Notes: generated from the sequence alone by a model not told the origin. A stretch of 38,519 nt of DNA from Gammaproteobacteria bacterium (GCA_027484495.1 JAIXSW010000327.1:1-38519); one strand, 5' to 3'; positions 26,229 through 38,519 are shown, counted from the first letter of the stretch. Made by a program: numbers and translations.

Positions 26229-27758
26229 TCAGTACTTCGCAGCCTGCCCTTCTTTTGGTAACGACGCTTTGATAAAGGCGCGCAGATCGTCATTGGATGA
26301 TTTTAAATCTTCATAACGCAGATACATCATATGACCACTGCGATAGCCTTTAAAACTCAACCGAGATTTCATCTTGCCGCTCGGGTCCAGCTGCCACATG
26401 CTGTACTTGGCGTCAAAGTAGTTGGTCGCACCGTCATAATAACCCGATTGGATCATCACGTTCAGATACGGGTTTTGTGCCATCGCCTGACGCAGGTTTT
26501 CACCGGTCTGATCGCCGTCGCGGTTCCACGGGTGCACCGGGCCAAACATGTTGTATTTGATGTCCGTTTTATAATTCAGATCAGTCCGCAAATAATGATT
26601 CATCGCCGGCGTGAAGGAATGTAACCAAGACGTCAGTTCGGCGTTGTAATCCGGTTCTGCCCCAGCATCTTTTTTATCGATACCAAGGTAACGTGAATCC
26701 AGCCGGCCCACAGTCTGGCCGCGGTCGCGCAGTAACTCTTTCCAGAAATAATCGGTCGGAATGTCGAGGTTATTCGCCAGCACCGCCTGTACTGACAACC
26801 CGGAGAATTTGGCCACTTGCGCTGCCACCTGCTGTCTGTCGGCGACTTCAACATAAGAGCCTTTCGCCAGATGTGGTAAATAGGTGTTGAGCGTGAACTG
26901 TTCGGATTGAGCCAACACGTCCATCAGATCGAGTTGCTGTAATTCAGCCGGCAGTTTTTTGTGATACCAGGCCGTCGCGGTGTAATACGGCAAGCGGTTC
27001 GCCACATCAACCGGGCCTTCGCGTTTGATACCAAGCTCGGTCGGTGATACCAGGATCACGCCGTTCAGATACATCCATTCTTTGTTTTGCAATGCTAACG
27101 CCAGACCAGACACGCGTGTCGTGCCGTAGCTTTCACCGATCAAGAACTTCGGCGACGGCCAGCGTTGATGGCGGCTGACAAAGGTTTCAATCCAGGATGA
27201 CAGATAGTTCACATCTTCATTGACGCCAAAAAACATCTTTTGCTGCGCGTCGCGCGATGGCATTTTGCCGTCTTTGCCCGGTAACACGCGGGAATAAGCA
27301 GTATTCACCGGGTTTACAAACACGATGTCGGCGGTATCGAGCACCGAATATGGATTGTCTTTGGTGCCATACGGCTGCAGTGGGTAACCTTCGCTATCCA
27401 CATTCAGCGCACGCGGACCGCTATAAGCAATCTGCATCCAAACCGACGCAGAGCCCGGCCCGCCGTTAAACGAAATTAATAAAGGTCGCTTCGACCTGTC
27501 TTTGATATCCGAACGTTCGTAATAGGTATAAAACAATGTCGCCGTTGGATTGCCTTCTTCATCCCATACCGGCTGCGTGCCGGTCTCGGCGGTATAAGGA
27601 AAGCTGACATTATTCACTTCCGCCTGATGTTTGGTGACCACCACTTTGTCGATATCAATCTGGCGGATGTGACTCTCTGGCGCAGCATCTGCCGCCTGTA
27701 CCGGCAACAGCGGCATACTCAGCAACAGGGCTGATAGCAAAAACACTTTATTTTTCAT
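26229..27758 (-). CDS. Secreted serine carboxypeptidase, S10 family
   Basis: Start moved to ATG 27758 (signal peptide MKNKVFLLSALLL...VQA). Motifs FNGGPGSAS, GESYG, GYYD and SGHMMY. Confidence 0.92.
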   Translation of the reverse strand: MKNKVFLLSALLLSMPLLPVQAADAAPESHIRQIDIDKVVVTKHQAEVNNVSFPYTAETGTQPVWDEEGNPTATLFYTYYERSDIKDRSKRPLLISFNGGPGSASVWMQIAYSGPRALNVDSEGYPLQPYGTKDNPYSVLDTADIVFVNPVNTAYSRVLPGKDGKMPSRDAQQKMFFGVNEDVNYLSSWIETFVSRHQRWPSPKFLIGESYGTTRVSGLALALQNKEWMYLNGVILVSPTELGIKREGPVDVANRLPYYTATAWYHKKLPAELQQLDLMDVLAQSEQFTLNTYLPHLAKGSYVEVADRQQVAAQVAKFSGLSVQAVLANNLDIPTDYFWKELLRDRGQTVGRLDSRYLGIDKKDAGAEPDYNAELTSWLHSFTPAMNHYLRTDLNYKTDIKYNMFGPVHPWNRDGDQTGENLRQAMAQNPYLNVMIQSGYYDGATNYFDAKYSMWQLDPSGKMKSRLSFKGYRSGHMMYLRYEDLKSSNDDLRAFIKASLPKEGQAAKY

Positions 27759-27875
27759 GAAATGGCTCTTGGTTAGGCAAAGAAAACAGCTGGTCTTGAT
27801 TAAACTGCGGGAACGCCCAAGAAATATAGTCAGACTGAGACCAATAACCAAAATACAGGTTAAGTGCGGAGATCC

Positions 27876-28151
27876 TTAGTCTTGCTGCACTGAATAGCAC
27901 TGCTGACGCCACCAGAGGAAAGTCTGAGTATTCAGTGTGAAGCGCATCAGGATATAAGCAACTCCGGACGCAGCCACAACCTGCAGTAAATAGTTCAGAC
28001 TGGTATCACTAAAGAAAAAACCAAATAGCGGCGCCATCTGCCAGCCGATAAAAAATGAAATGCGTTGCGTTAAAACCTTGCGGTCGACTGGCAATAACAC
28101 CCATGACCATAGCAGTGTGTACCCCAACAGCCCAATCCAGAAGATATCCAT
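27876..28151 (-). CDS. Small hypothetical membrane protein (about 3 TM)
   Basis: 91 aa hydrophobic protein from ATG 28151 (MDIFWIGLLGY...). Fills the gap between sucD and the peptidase. Confidence 0.65.
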   Translation of the reverse strand: MDIFWIGLLGYTLLWSWVLLPVDRKVLTQRISFFIGWQMAPLFGFFFSDTSLNYLLQVVAASGVAYILMRFTLNTQTFLWWRQQCYSVQQD

Positions 28152-28249
28152 ATCGTCACTTCCCTGACCTTTTATGGGCTTCAACAAAAACCAATGCGTT
28201 TCAAACCGTCAATGCAGGTAAAACCCTATAAACAACTTTTTTTGCCAAC

Positions 28250-28277
28250 AAAAAACCCGCCACAAGGACGGGTTTTT
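28250..28277 (-). terminator. Terminator of the sdh-suc operon
   Basis: Minus strand CCCGTCC-ttgt-GGCGGG-TTTTTT, about 25 bp after the sucD stop. Confidence 0.8.
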
Positions 28278-28301
28278 CAACACTGAAAAACTAAGCAGCT
28301 A

Positions 28302-29174
28302 TTACCAGCCAGTCAGTTCACGCAGTGCTTTACCGATGTCTGCCAGTGAACGCACGGTTTTAACACCAGCGTCTTCCAGAGCACGGAATTTGTCATCCGC
28401 AGTACCTTTACCACCAGAGATGATGGCGCCAGCGTGGCCCATGCGCTTACCAGCAGGTGCAGTCACACCAGCAATGTAAGACACAACAGGTTTAGTCACG
28501 TGAGCTTTGATATAAGCAGCCGCTTCTTCTTCAGCAGTACCACCGATCTCACCGATCATGATGATCGCTTCAGTCTGTGGATCTTCCTGGAATAATTTCA
28601 GGATGTCGATGAAGTTAGAACCTGGGATTGGGTCGCCACCGATACCAACACATGTTGATTGGCCGAAACCTTCGTCTGTGGTTTGTTTCACAGCTTCATA
28701 CGTCAGTGTACCTGAACGCGAAACGATACCGACTTTACCCGGCTTGTGGATATGGCCTGGCATGATACCGATTTTGCATTCGCCTGGCGTGATCACGCCT
28801 GGGCAGTTAGGACCAATCATACGCACACCTTTACGGTCGACGTATTCTTTGGCGAACAGCATATCGATAGTCGGGATACCTTCAGTGATACATACGATCA
28901 GTTCCAGACCTGCATCAGCCGCTTCGATGATCGCGTCTTTACAGAAAGGAGCCGGAACGTAAATCACAGTAGCAGTTGCGCCAGTGGCGGCAACAGCTTC
29001 TTTCACTGTGTTGAACACTGGTAAACCAATGTGCGTGGTGCCGCCTTTACCTGGGCTTACGCCACCAACCATTTTAGTGCCGTATTCCAGCGCCTGAGTT
29101 GAGTGGAAAGTCCCTTGGCTACCGGTGAAACCCTGGCAGATGACCTTAGTGTCTTTGTTGATGATAATAGACAT
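28302..29174 (-). CDS. sucD: Succinyl-CoA synthetase alpha subunit
   Basis: [28 protein letters not shown] and RMGHAGA (phospho-His) motifs. Confidence 0.99.
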   Translation of the reverse strand: MSIIINKDTKVICQGFTGSQGTFHSTQALEYGTKMVGGVSPGKGGTTHIGLPVFNTVKEAVAATGATATVIYVPAPFCKDAIIEAADAGLELIVCITEGIPTIDMLFAKEYVDRKGVRMIGPNCPGVITPGECKIGIMPGHIHKPGKVGIVSRSGTLTYEAVKQTTDEGFGQSTCVGIGGDPIPGSNFIDILKLFQEDPQTEAIIMIGEIGGTAEEEAAAYIKAHVTKPVVSYIAGVTAPAGKRMGHAGAIISGGKGTADDKFRALEDAGVKTVRSLADIGKALRELTGW

Positions 29175-30340
29175 TATTTGCCCTCCGCGGCTTTCACTAC
29201 AGCTTTAGCAGCTTCTGATAATGAAGTGGCAGCGATGATGTTCAGGCCAGAACTTTGCAGTTTCTGTGCGCCTAATTCAGCGTTGTTACCTTCTAAACGC
29301 ACCACAACCGGTACGCTTACACCGACTTCTTCAACTGCACCGATGATGCCTTCGGCGATCATGTCGCAACGAACGATACCACCGAAGATGTTGACGAATA
29401 CTGCTTTAACAGCAGAGTCAGACAGGATGATTTTGAATGCTTCGGTCACGCGCTCTTTAGTCGCACCACCGCCAACGTCCAGGAAGTTTGCTGGCTGGCC
29501 ACCGCTTAATTTCACGATGTCCATAGTACCCATGGCTAAACCGGCACCGTTGACCATACAACCGATGTTGCCTTCTAAAGCAACATAGTTCAGTTCCCAC
29601 TGAGCAGCACGGGCTTCACGCTCGTCTTCTTGTGATGGGTCATGGAAAGCGCGCAGTTTTGGCTGACGGTACAGTGCATTGCTGTCAGCAACCAGTTTGG
29701 CGTCTAAGCAGTGCAGGTTACCGGCAGAAGTGATGACCAGCGGGTTCACTTCGATCATTGCAATGTCCAGATCAACAAACATCTTGGCGAGGCCTAAGTA
29801 GATGTGAGTGAACTGTTTGATTTGCGTGGCATTTAAACCCAGTTGGAATGCAATTTCACGCGCCTGGAACGGCTGAGCGCCTACCAGCGGATCGATCGCC
29901 ATCTTGATGATTTTTTCCGGGCTTTCTTCGGCGACTTTCTCGATGTCAACGCCACCTTCAGTCGACGCCATGAAAATGATGCGACGGCTTGAACGGTCGA
30001 CTACGGCACCTAAATACAGTTCTTTTTCAATATCTGTACAGGTTTCAACCAGGATCTTGCTAACAGGCTGACCTTTTTCGTCAGTTTGATACGTAACCAG
30101 GTTTTTGCCCAACCAATTTTGCGCAAAGGTACGGATCTCTTCTTTAGAAGTCACTAACTTCACACCGCCCGCTTTACCGCGACCACCAGCGTGAACCTGA
30201 GCTTTCACTACCCACTTGTTACCACCAATGCGGTCTGCTGCTTCTGCTGCGGCTTGTGGAGTTTCTTCCGCGTAGCCTTCAGATACAGGTAAACCGTATT
30301 CGCGAAACAGCTGTTTTGCCTGATACTCGTGCAAATTCAT
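29174..30340 (-). CDS. sucC: Succinyl-CoA synthetase beta subunit
   Basis: [31 protein letters not shown] and NFLDVGGG motifs; 388 aa. Confidence 0.99.
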   Translation of the reverse strand: MNLHEYQAKQLFREYGLPVSEGYAEETPQAAAEAADRIGGNKWVVKAQVHAGGRGKAGGVKLVTSKEEIRTFAQNWLGKNLVTYQTDEKGQPVSKILVETCTDIEKELYLGAVVDRSSRRIIFMASTEGGVDIEKVAEESPEKIIKMAIDPLVGAQPFQAREIAFQLGLNATQIKQFTHIYLGLAKMFVDLDIAMIEVNPLVITSAGNLHCLDAKLVADSNALYRQPKLRAFHDPSQEDEREARAAQWELNYVALEGNIGCMVNGAGLAMGTMDIVKLSGGQPANFLDVGGGATKERVTEAFKIILSDSAVKAVFVNIFGGIVRCDMIAEGIIGAVEEVGVSVPVVVRLEGNNAELGAQKLQSSGLNIIAATSLSEAAKAVVKAAEGK

Positions 30341-30585
30341 GGCTTATTTCCGTTTTTCTTTAGTTTGTGACCGGGACAACCGGCCTGACCCATTGAGCAA
30401 AGCCGTAGCAATACTCAGATGATTTGGAGATGTCGGCAACAGCCTTCAACTCCGGTTTTTTTTATTCCCTTCACCGTTGACTCTGTAGGGAGGAGTCACC
30501 GCCATCTTGCCCACGTACATAACATGCTATGTACCCGGGCTCGTTCCAGGCTACCACCTACCCACATTGCCAAAAGTGTCAGGTA

Positions 30586-31773
30586 TTAGATGTCCAACAG
30601 AATACGCGTTGGATCTTCTAACAATTCTTTAATCGTCACCAGGAAGCCAACTGACTCTTTACCGTCGATGATGCGGTGATCATAAGACAGCGCCAGATAC
30701 ATCATTGGCAGGATTTCCATCTTGCCGTCGACAACCATCACGCGGTCCTGGATCTTATGCATACCCAGAATGGCTGATTGTGGCGGGTTGATGATTGGCG
30801 TTGACATCAGTGAACCAAACACACCACCGTTAGTGATAGTGAAGTTACCGCCAGTCAGGTCATCGATCGACAGTTTGCCGTCGCGGCCTTTCAGCGCCAG
30901 GACTTTGATGGCTTTTTCGATTTCAGCTAGGTTCATTTTATCGCAATCGCGCAGAACTGGTGTCACCAGACCGCGTGGTGTTGATACCGCGATGCTGACG
31001 TCGAAATAGTTGTGATAAACGATATCATCGCCATCAATCGCTGCGTTCACTTCTGGGAAACGCTTCAGCGCTTCAGTGACCGCTTTGACATAGAACGACA
31101 TAAAGCCCAGACGGATACCGTGTTTCTTCTCAAACACGTCCGCGTATTGTTTACGCAGGTCCATGATTGGTTTCATGTTAACTTCGTTAAACGTCGTCAG
31201 CATGGCTGTGGAGTTTTTCGCTTCCAGCAGACGGTTGGCGATGGTTTTACGCAGACGGGTCATTGGCACGCGTTTTTGTGAACGGTCACCTGAAACCACT
31301 GGCGCGCTAGCGACTGGGGCTGCGGCAGCTTTCGCTGGAGCAGCAGGTGCACCAGCCAGGAATTTCTCTACGTCTTCTTTAGTCACGCGGCCATTTTTAC
31401 CAGAACCCTGGATTTTGGCAGCATCTAAGCCTTTTTCAGCGATCAGGCGACGGACAGATGGTGTCAGTACATCGTCTGCAGCATCAGCAGCGGCCGGAGC
31501 AGCAGCTGGTGCGGCGGCGGCAGGTGCTGCAGCAGCAGTCGCGCCCGCATTCATCTGACCAATGACTTGCTCAGCCAGTACCGTAGCGCCTTCTGCGTGC
31601 AGAATTTCGCCCATCACGCCGTCAGCTTGCGCCACGACTTCTAATACTACTTTGTCAGTTTCAATATCGACCAAAACCTGGTCGCGGCTGACGGCTTCAC
31701 CTGTTTTTACATGCCAGGTGGCGATTGTTGCATCTGCAACGGATTCTGGGAGTACCGGGACTTTAATTTCCAC
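30586..31773 (-). CDS. sucB: 2-oxoglutarate dehydrogenase E2, dihydrolipoamide succinyltransferase
   Basis: Lipoyl motif IETDKVV, Ala/Pro linkers, E3-binding [13 protein letters not shown] and catalytic DHRIIDG. Confidence 0.99.
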   Translation of the reverse strand: MEIKVPVLPESVADATIATWHVKTGEAVSRDQVLVDIETDKVVLEVVAQADGVMGEILHAEGATVLAEQVIGQMNAGATAAAAPAAAAPAAAPAAADAADDVLTPSVRRLIAEKGLDAAKIQGSGKNGRVTKEDVEKFLAGAPAAPAKAAAAPVASAPVVSGDRSQKRVPMTRLRKTIANRLLEAKNSTAMLTTFNEVNMKPIMDLRKQYADVFEKKHGIRLGFMSFYVKAVTEALKRFPEVNAAIDGDDIVYHNYFDVSIAVSTPRGLVTPVLRDCDKMNLAEIEKAIKVLALKGRDGKLSIDDLTGGNFTITNGGVFGSLMSTPIINPPQSAILGMHKIQDRVMVVDGKMEILPMMYLALSYDHRIIDGKESVGFLVTIKELLEDPTRILLDI

Positions 31774-31850
31774 TTTGTCACCTTTTTACAGATTGGTTTA
31801 TGTCTGTCTTATCTTGGAAAACCAAAGTCAGTGCAGACAACTGCACTGAC

Positions 31851-31883
31851 CCGAAAAAATAAGCCCGCAGCAACTGCTGCGGG
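31851..31883 (-). terminator. Hairpin with U-tract between sucA and sucB
   Basis: Minus strand CCCGCAGCA-gt-TGCTGCGGG then CTTATTTTTT; a second perfect hairpin lies at 31827-31850. Confidence 0.5.
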
Positions 31884-31890
31884 ACTGTGT

Positions 31891-34695
31891 TTATGCCAGC
31901 GTTAACGCAGCGTTGATTAATGCCTGCTGCTGTTTGTTATGCACTGACAGATAACCGACTGCCGGTGATGAAGATGCATCGCGTCCGGCATAAGTCAGTT
32001 TGGCGCCACTTGGGATCGCAGCCCAGAAGTTATGCTGGCTGCAATACCAGGCGCCTTGATTCTGTGGTTCTTCCTGACACCAGACAAAATCTTTCACGTG
32101 CTGGTACTGCGCCAGCACTGCGGCCATTTCGTCTTGCGGGAACGGATACAACTGTTCCACCCGAACAATGGCAATCGATTTGATATCGCGTTTGCGGCGC
32201 TCTTCCAGCAGATCGTAATAAACCTTGCCGCTACAGAACACGACGCGGCTGACTTCAGCCGGGTTCAGCGCATCCACCTCACCAATCACGTTGTGGAATT
32301 GACCAGAGGCCAGTTCTTCCAGCGTTGAAGTGGCGAGCGGATGACGCAGCAACGATTTAGGCGACATCACGATAAGCGGACGACGCACCGGACGCACCAT
32401 CTGACGACGGATCATCGCGTACACCTGCGCCGGCGTAGTGGGTACCACCACCTGCATATTGTGATCAGCACACAGTTGTAAGAAACGTTCCAGACGGGCT
32501 GAAGAGTGCTCCGGGCCCTGACCTTCATAACCGTGTGGCAACAACAGCGTCAGACCACAGAGACGGCCCCACTTTTGTTCGCCTGAACTTAAGAACTGAT
32601 CGATGACAACCTGAGCGCCGTTGGCGAAATCGCCAAACTGGCCTTCCCAAATCACTAATGCACGTGGTTCAGTGGTGGCGTAACCATATTCAAATGCCAG
32701 CACTGCTTCTTCTGACAGCGCTGAGTCGTACACCTGGAACGGGCCCTGATCAGCGCCAAGGTTTTCCAGTGGTGTGTAAACCGACGCATCGTTCTGGTTG
32801 TGCAGTACAGCATGACGGTGGAAGAAAGTACCGCGGCCGGAATCCTGGCCAACAATCCGGATGCGCGAGCCTGAACCGGCAATAGACGCATAAGCCAGAA
32901 TTTCAGCAAAACCCCAGTCGATTTTTTTCTCGCCTTTGAGCATCAATGCGCGGTCTTCATAAACTTTGCCGACCTGACGTTGCAATACATGCTCAGCCGG
33001 CACTTTGATCGCTTTTTCACCCCAGGCAATTAAATCGGCAACCGACATGCTGGCGTCATAGGCGGTGGTCCACTCGTGACCGAGATACGGTGTCCAGTCA
33101 ACGGCAACTTCTGTCATCTGCCGCCATTCTTCCACCACACATTCGCCTTTATCCAGCGCATTGCGGTAACCGTCGATCATCGCCTGCACTTCGTCAGCAC
33201 TGAACTGACCGGCTTTGATCAGCTTGTCAGCATACAGCTCACGCGGTGTCGGGTGTTTTTTGATTTTCTGGTACATCAGCGGCTGCGTCGCATTCGGCTC
33301 GTCCGCTTCGTTGTGACCATTGCGGCGGTAACAAACCAGGTCAATGACCACATCGCGTTTAAAGGTGTTGCGGTAATCTACTGCCAGCTGCGCAACAAAC
33401 ACCACCGCTTCCGGATCATCACCGTTAACGTGGAAAATCGGCGCCTGCACCATCTTGGCGATATCAGTACAGTATTCCGTAGAGCGGGTATCTTCCGGGT
33501 TTGACGTGGTGAAACCAACCTGGTTGTTGATCACCAGACGGATAGTACCACCTACTTTAAAGGCGCGAGTCTGAGAAATGTTGAACGTTTCCGCCACCAC
33601 ACCCTGACCGGCAAAAGCCGAGTCGCCGTGAATCGTGATTGGCAACGCCTGCGAACCATCGGTACAACCACGCCGGTCCAGACGGGCGCGTACTGAGCCC
33701 ATTACTACCGGGTTGACGATCTCAAGGTGCGACGGGTTAAACGCCAGTGCCAGGTGGACATTGCCGCCCTTGGTGACGAAATCAGACGAGAAACCCATAT
33801 GGTATTTCACGTCGCCGGCACCGACGACTTCGTATTTACCGGCGAATTCATCAAACAATTTGCCAGGGTTTTTACCCAGAACGTTAACTAAGGTGTTCAG
33901 ACGACCGCGGTGCGCCATACCAATAACGCAGTCTTTCGCGCCTTGTTCGCCGGCACGATGGATCATCGCCTTCAGCATTGGCACCATGGCATCACCGCCT
34001 TCCAGGCCAAAACGTTTCGCGCCCGGGAATTTGGCGGATAAATAACGTTCCAGACCGTCCGCAGCAACCAGACCGCTGAGGATTTGTGCCTTGGTGGCTT
34101 TGTCATAATTCGGCGTCGAACGCACGCCTTCCAGCCGTTGCTGGATCCAGCGTTTTTCGTCGGTCGAGACGATATGCATATATTCAGCGCCAACCGAACC
34201 ACAATACGTGGTTTCCAGCGCGTGCACTAAATCACCGAGTTTCATTTGTTCGCTGCCGGCAACAAAAGAGCCAACATTAAACTCAGTATCAAAATCTGCC
34301 TGGCTTAAATCATGGTAGGACAATTCGAGATCCCGAACCCGTGGCCGTTTCCACAGTTCGAGCGGGTCAAGTTTGGCATGCTGATGGCCGCGGAAACGAT
34401 ACGCGTTGATCAGCTGCAGGACTTTGACCTGACGGCTGTCACCGCTACCTTGGACGGCAACGACTTCGCGATGTTTGTTTTTAGCGAGTTCAGCAAACTG
34501 CTGACGGATATCAGAGTGACGGGATTCCAGATCAACGCCGTCGATTTTAGGTAACTTCGCGAAAAACTCACGCCATTCGTCACCAACGCTGGTCGGTTCA
34601 GCTAAGTAGGATTCATAGAGCTCATCTACGTAGGCCATGTTACCACCGCCAAGATGAGAAGACTCTAACCACGCCTTCATTACACCTTCGTGCAT
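31891..34695 (-). CDS. sucA: 2-oxoglutarate dehydrogenase E1
   Basis: GMAHRGRLN, NPSHLE, HGDSAFAGQG (TPP-binding) and HGYEGQGPEHSSAR motifs; 934 aa. Confidence 0.99.
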   Translation of the reverse strand: MHEGVMKAWLESSHLGGGNMAYVDELYESYLAEPTSVGDEWREFFAKLPKIDGVDLESRHSDIRQQFAELAKNKHREVVAVQGSGDSRQVKVLQLINAYRFRGHQHAKLDPLELWKRPRVRDLELSYHDLSQADFDTEFNVGSFVAGSEQMKLGDLVHALETTYCGSVGAEYMHIVSTDEKRWIQQRLEGVRSTPNYDKATKAQILSGLVAADGLERYLSAKFPGAKRFGLEGGDAMVPMLKAMIHRAGEQGAKDCVIGMAHRGRLNTLVNVLGKNPGKLFDEFAGKYEVVGAGDVKYHMGFSSDFVTKGGNVHLALAFNPSHLEIVNPVVMGSVRARLDRRGCTDGSQALPITIHGDSAFAGQGVVAETFNISQTRAFKVGGTIRLVINNQVGFTTSNPEDTRSTEYCTDIAKMVQAPIFHVNGDDPEAVVFVAQLAVDYRNTFKRDVVIDLVCYRRNGHNEADEPNATQPLMYQKIKKHPTPRELYADKLIKAGQFSADEVQAMIDGYRNALDKGECVVEEWRQMTEVAVDWTPYLGHEWTTAYDASMSVADLIAWGEKAIKVPAEHVLQRQVGKVYEDRALMLKGEKKIDWGFAEILAYASIAGSGSRIRIVGQDSGRGTFFHRHAVLHNQNDASVYTPLENLGADQGPFQVYDSALSEEAVLAFEYGYATTEPRALVIWEGQFGDFANGAQVVIDQFLSSGEQKWGRLCGLTLLLPHGYEGQGPEHSSARLERFLQLCADHNMQVVVPTTPAQVYAMIRRQMVRPVRRPLIVMSPKSLLRHPLATSTLEELASGQFHNVIGEVDALNPAEVSRVVFCSGKVYYDLLEERRKRDIKSIAIVRVEQLYPFPQDEMAAVLAQYQHVKDFVWCQEEPQNQGAWYCSQHNFWAAIPSGAKLTYAGRDASSSPAVGYLSVHNKQQQALINAALTLA

Positions 34696-34911
34696 TTACG
34701 TTCCCTTATCTCGAAGCACCTGGAAAAAGTAGCAAAAAAATAATCAGGTTACAGGCTTTATGACTATTTTTTCCTGGGCACAGCCAGTCGCCAAAGCGGG
34801 CTGTATTTTATACTCACAGAAACAGCCCGCAAGCGGGCTGTCCGTATATTTTCTGCTTTTCCGTCATTTTGCTGAAAAAATAATCCAAAGTGTCGGATAA
34901 CAGACGGGCGC

Positions 34912-35631
34912 TTACAGCGCCCGGTTTAACAGCATAGACTTAATCTGACCAATCGCTTTGGTCGGATTCAGGCCTTTTGGACATACGTTGACACAGTTCA
35001 TGATACCGTGGCAGCGGAACACGCTGAATGCATCGTCTAAATCGTTCAGACGTTGCTCAGTTGCCGTATCACGGCTGTCCGCCAGGAAACGGTATGCGTG
35101 CAACAGACCGGCCGGGCCGATGAACTTGTCAGGATTCCACCAGAATGATGGGCAAGACGTTGAACAACAGGCACACAGAATACACTCATACAGACCATCC
35201 AGCTTCTCGCGCTGTTCCGGCGACTGCAGGTACTCACCGGCTGGTGGCAAACCGTCATTGATCAGGTAAGGTTTTACCTTCTCATATTGGGTATAGAACT
35301 GTGACATATCAACGACCAGGTCACGCACAACCGGCAAACCAGGTAATGGACGGACCACAATTTTGCCGCCTTTGCCTTTACCTAAAGCAGACAGTGGCGT
35401 GATACAGGCCAGACCGTTCTTACCGTTCATGTTCAGACCGTCAGAACCACACACACCTTCACGGCAGCTGCGACGGAATGACAGACTTGGATCCTGCTCT
35501 TTTAATTTCAGCAGCGCATCCAACACCATCATGTCACGGCCTTCCGGATTGTCCAGGGTGTAATCCTGCATCCGCGGCGCCTGATCTACATCAGGATTGT
35601 AACGATAGACAGAGAATTCTAACTTCTTCAT
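34912..35631 (-). CDS. sdhB: Succinate dehydrogenase iron-sulfur subunit
   Basis: SCREGVCGSDG, CILCACCSTSCP and CHGIMNCVNVCP motifs. Confidence 0.99.
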   Translation of the reverse strand: MKKLEFSVYRYNPDVDQAPRMQDYTLDNPEGRDMMVLDALLKLKEQDPSLSFRRSCREGVCGSDGLNMNGKNGLACITPLSALGKGKGGKIVVRPLPGLPVVRDLVVDMSQFYTQYEKVKPYLINDGLPPAGEYLQSPEQREKLDGLYECILCACCSTSCPSFWWNPDKFIGPAGLLHAYRFLADSRDTATEQRLNDLDDAFSVFRCHGIMNCVNVCPKGLNPTKAIGQIKSMLLNRAL

Positions 35632-35643
35632 TCTGCAGCCCTC

Positions 35644-37416
<1,773 letters not shown>

Positions 37417-37764
37417 TTAAACACCCCACAGAACAAAGAGGCCAACAGCCACATAACCAAATGCCAGCGTAGTCAGGAAGAATTGCAGAACAGCACGCAG
37501 CGCAGCAGATTTGACATAGTCAGTCAGTACCTGCCACAGACCGATTTTGGTGTGTACCGCGATACAAACCAGAGCCAGCAACGTGAAGGCTTTGACTAAC
37601 AGATTGGAAAACAACGCTTTCCAATTGTCGTAGGTCACTTCAGGCGTGAACAGAAAAAAACCGAGAATAAATAACGTGTATAACGTCAGGATAATCGCTG
37701 TTGCGCGCAGAGACACATAATCCTGCACACCGTCGCGTTTTAAAGATGCTTGATTCAGAACCAT
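37417..37764 (-). CDS. sdhD: Succinate dehydrogenase hydrophobic membrane anchor
   Basis: Start ATG 37764 (MVLNQASLKRDGVQDY); H..IGLWQVLTDYVK motif. Confidence 0.96.
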   Translation of the reverse strand: MVLNQASLKRDGVQDYVSLRATAIILTLYTLFILGFFLFTPEVTYDNWKALFSNLLVKAFTLLALVCIAVHTKIGLWQVLTDYVKSAALRAVLQFFLTTLAFGYVAVGLFVLWGV

Positions 37765-38132
37765 AACCAGACTCCAGCTAATACTGCAACAACCAGCCAC
37801 AGGCCAATGGCCGCTTTGGCGCTGGCGTTACCAGACTCTAATTCTTCCCAGTGCCCCATATCCATGATCAGGTGACGGATACCGCCAATGATGTGGTAGG
37901 ACAAGACCGTCAGTGTGCCCCAGGCGATGAATTTAGCGACAAACGATGTCATCACTTCTTTCACTGCGGCAAACCCTTCAGGGGAAGATAACGAAACAGC
38001 CCAAGCCCAGATCACGAACACTAAAGCGAAGAACATGGCAACGCCAGTGACACGATGCAGGATAGAGGCTTTTGCCGTAGCAGGCATGGATATAGTGGAT
38101 AGATCGAGATTTACAGGTCTTTGCTTTTTCAC
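37755..38132 (-). CDS. sdhC: Succinate dehydrogenase cytochrome b556 subunit
   Basis: GTG 38132 (KKQRPVNLDL); SILHRVTG and YHIIGGIRHLIMD motifs. Confidence 0.96.
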   Translation of the reverse strand: MKKQRPVNLDLSTISMPATAKASILHRVTGVAMFFALVFVIWAWAVSLSSPEGFAAVKEVMTSFVAKFIAWGTLTVLSYHIIGGIRHLIMDMGHWEELESGNASAKAAIGLWLVVAVLAGVWLWF

Positions 38133-38284
38133 AGTTTCTTGCCTATGAATGCCCTTTGCGGGCTTTGTTGTCATTATCGTTGCTGCATAAACAGTCAACA
38201 CCCAACGGATATACAGGCCTTAACACAAAGTGGTTCAGCCCTTTATTTATCTATCTATCGGTGAACTGATTTCGAACCCGCGAC

Positions 38285-38313
38285 AGTATATATTTCACAA
38301 CCTCGGATTACAA
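38285..38313 (-). promoter_or_regulatory. sigma70 promoter of sdhCDAB-sucABCD
   Basis: Minus strand TTGTAA-17 bp-TATACT. These are the same hexamers I recall for the E. coli sdhC promoter; implies a 5' UTR of about 145 nt. Confidence 0.8.
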
Positions 38314-38519
38314 TTTATGTTTGGAGCGTGTTGACGTTTGGTGTTTGTTTTTGCAGCAGTTTGGCAGATTTTTATGCAACGCAGTGCGAGAGTCGTGTAG
38401 TTAGTCTACACAAACGAGCACTAACGAAGCAGGAAGAGCTGCCAAATGCTGCCCGCAGGGTTCGTGTGGAGATGCTTTGGGCTTGTGGCCTGCATGGATG
38501 CAGGTCAGGGGCGAGAGCA

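Noticed and set aside
28250-28301. SdhX-like sRNA from the sucD 3' UTR
   Set aside because: The UTR is only about 50 nt including the terminator, and I cannot recognise a conserved seed.
31310-31560. GCA/GCT-rich repeats in sucB
   Set aside because: They encode the normal Ala/Pro flexible linkers of E2.

Overview
This is a chromosomal window from a gammaproteobacterium. Gene content and Gln-rich proteins suggest a Rheinheimera/Alishewanella-like organism (inference). From left to right it holds: (1) an acetate module, with the 5' part of a CrbS/MxtR-type SLC5-fused sensor kinase divergent from a DUF4212 small subunit, an ActP-type symporter, a cNMP/CBS/DUF294 nucleotidyltransferase and a DEDDh exonuclease, plus a GAC-N4-GTC CrbR-type box in the shared promoter; (2) earP-efp (Arg32-rhamnosylated EF-P) preceded by two uncharacterised genes; (3) a three-gene overlapping unit of HAMP-GGDEF diguanylate cyclase, TonB-dependent receptor and YfiR-family protein, i.e. 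a YfiBNR-like system with a TBDR in place of YfiB; (4) a LysE exporter, an orphan solute-binding protein, glnS and a secreted hypothetical; (5) a divergent collagen-peptide / trans-3-hydroxyproline utilisation locus (Oar-type TBDR, peptidase-domain-only M9 collagenase, Cys/Thr proline-racemase-family dehydratase, Xaa-Pro peptidase, OCD-family reductase, POT transporter) with two copies of a TATTGTATACAATA operator; (6) an S10 carboxypeptidase and a small membrane protein; (7) the housekeeping sdhCDAB-sucABCD cluster with its sigma70 promoter. No rRNA, tRNA, CRISPR or mobile element was seen. The best candidates for under-described systems are the DGC-TBDR-YfiR module, the DUF294/exonuclease pair attached to actP, and the 3-hydroxyproline-specialised collagen locus. 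All calls rest on motif recognition by eye; no database search was run.
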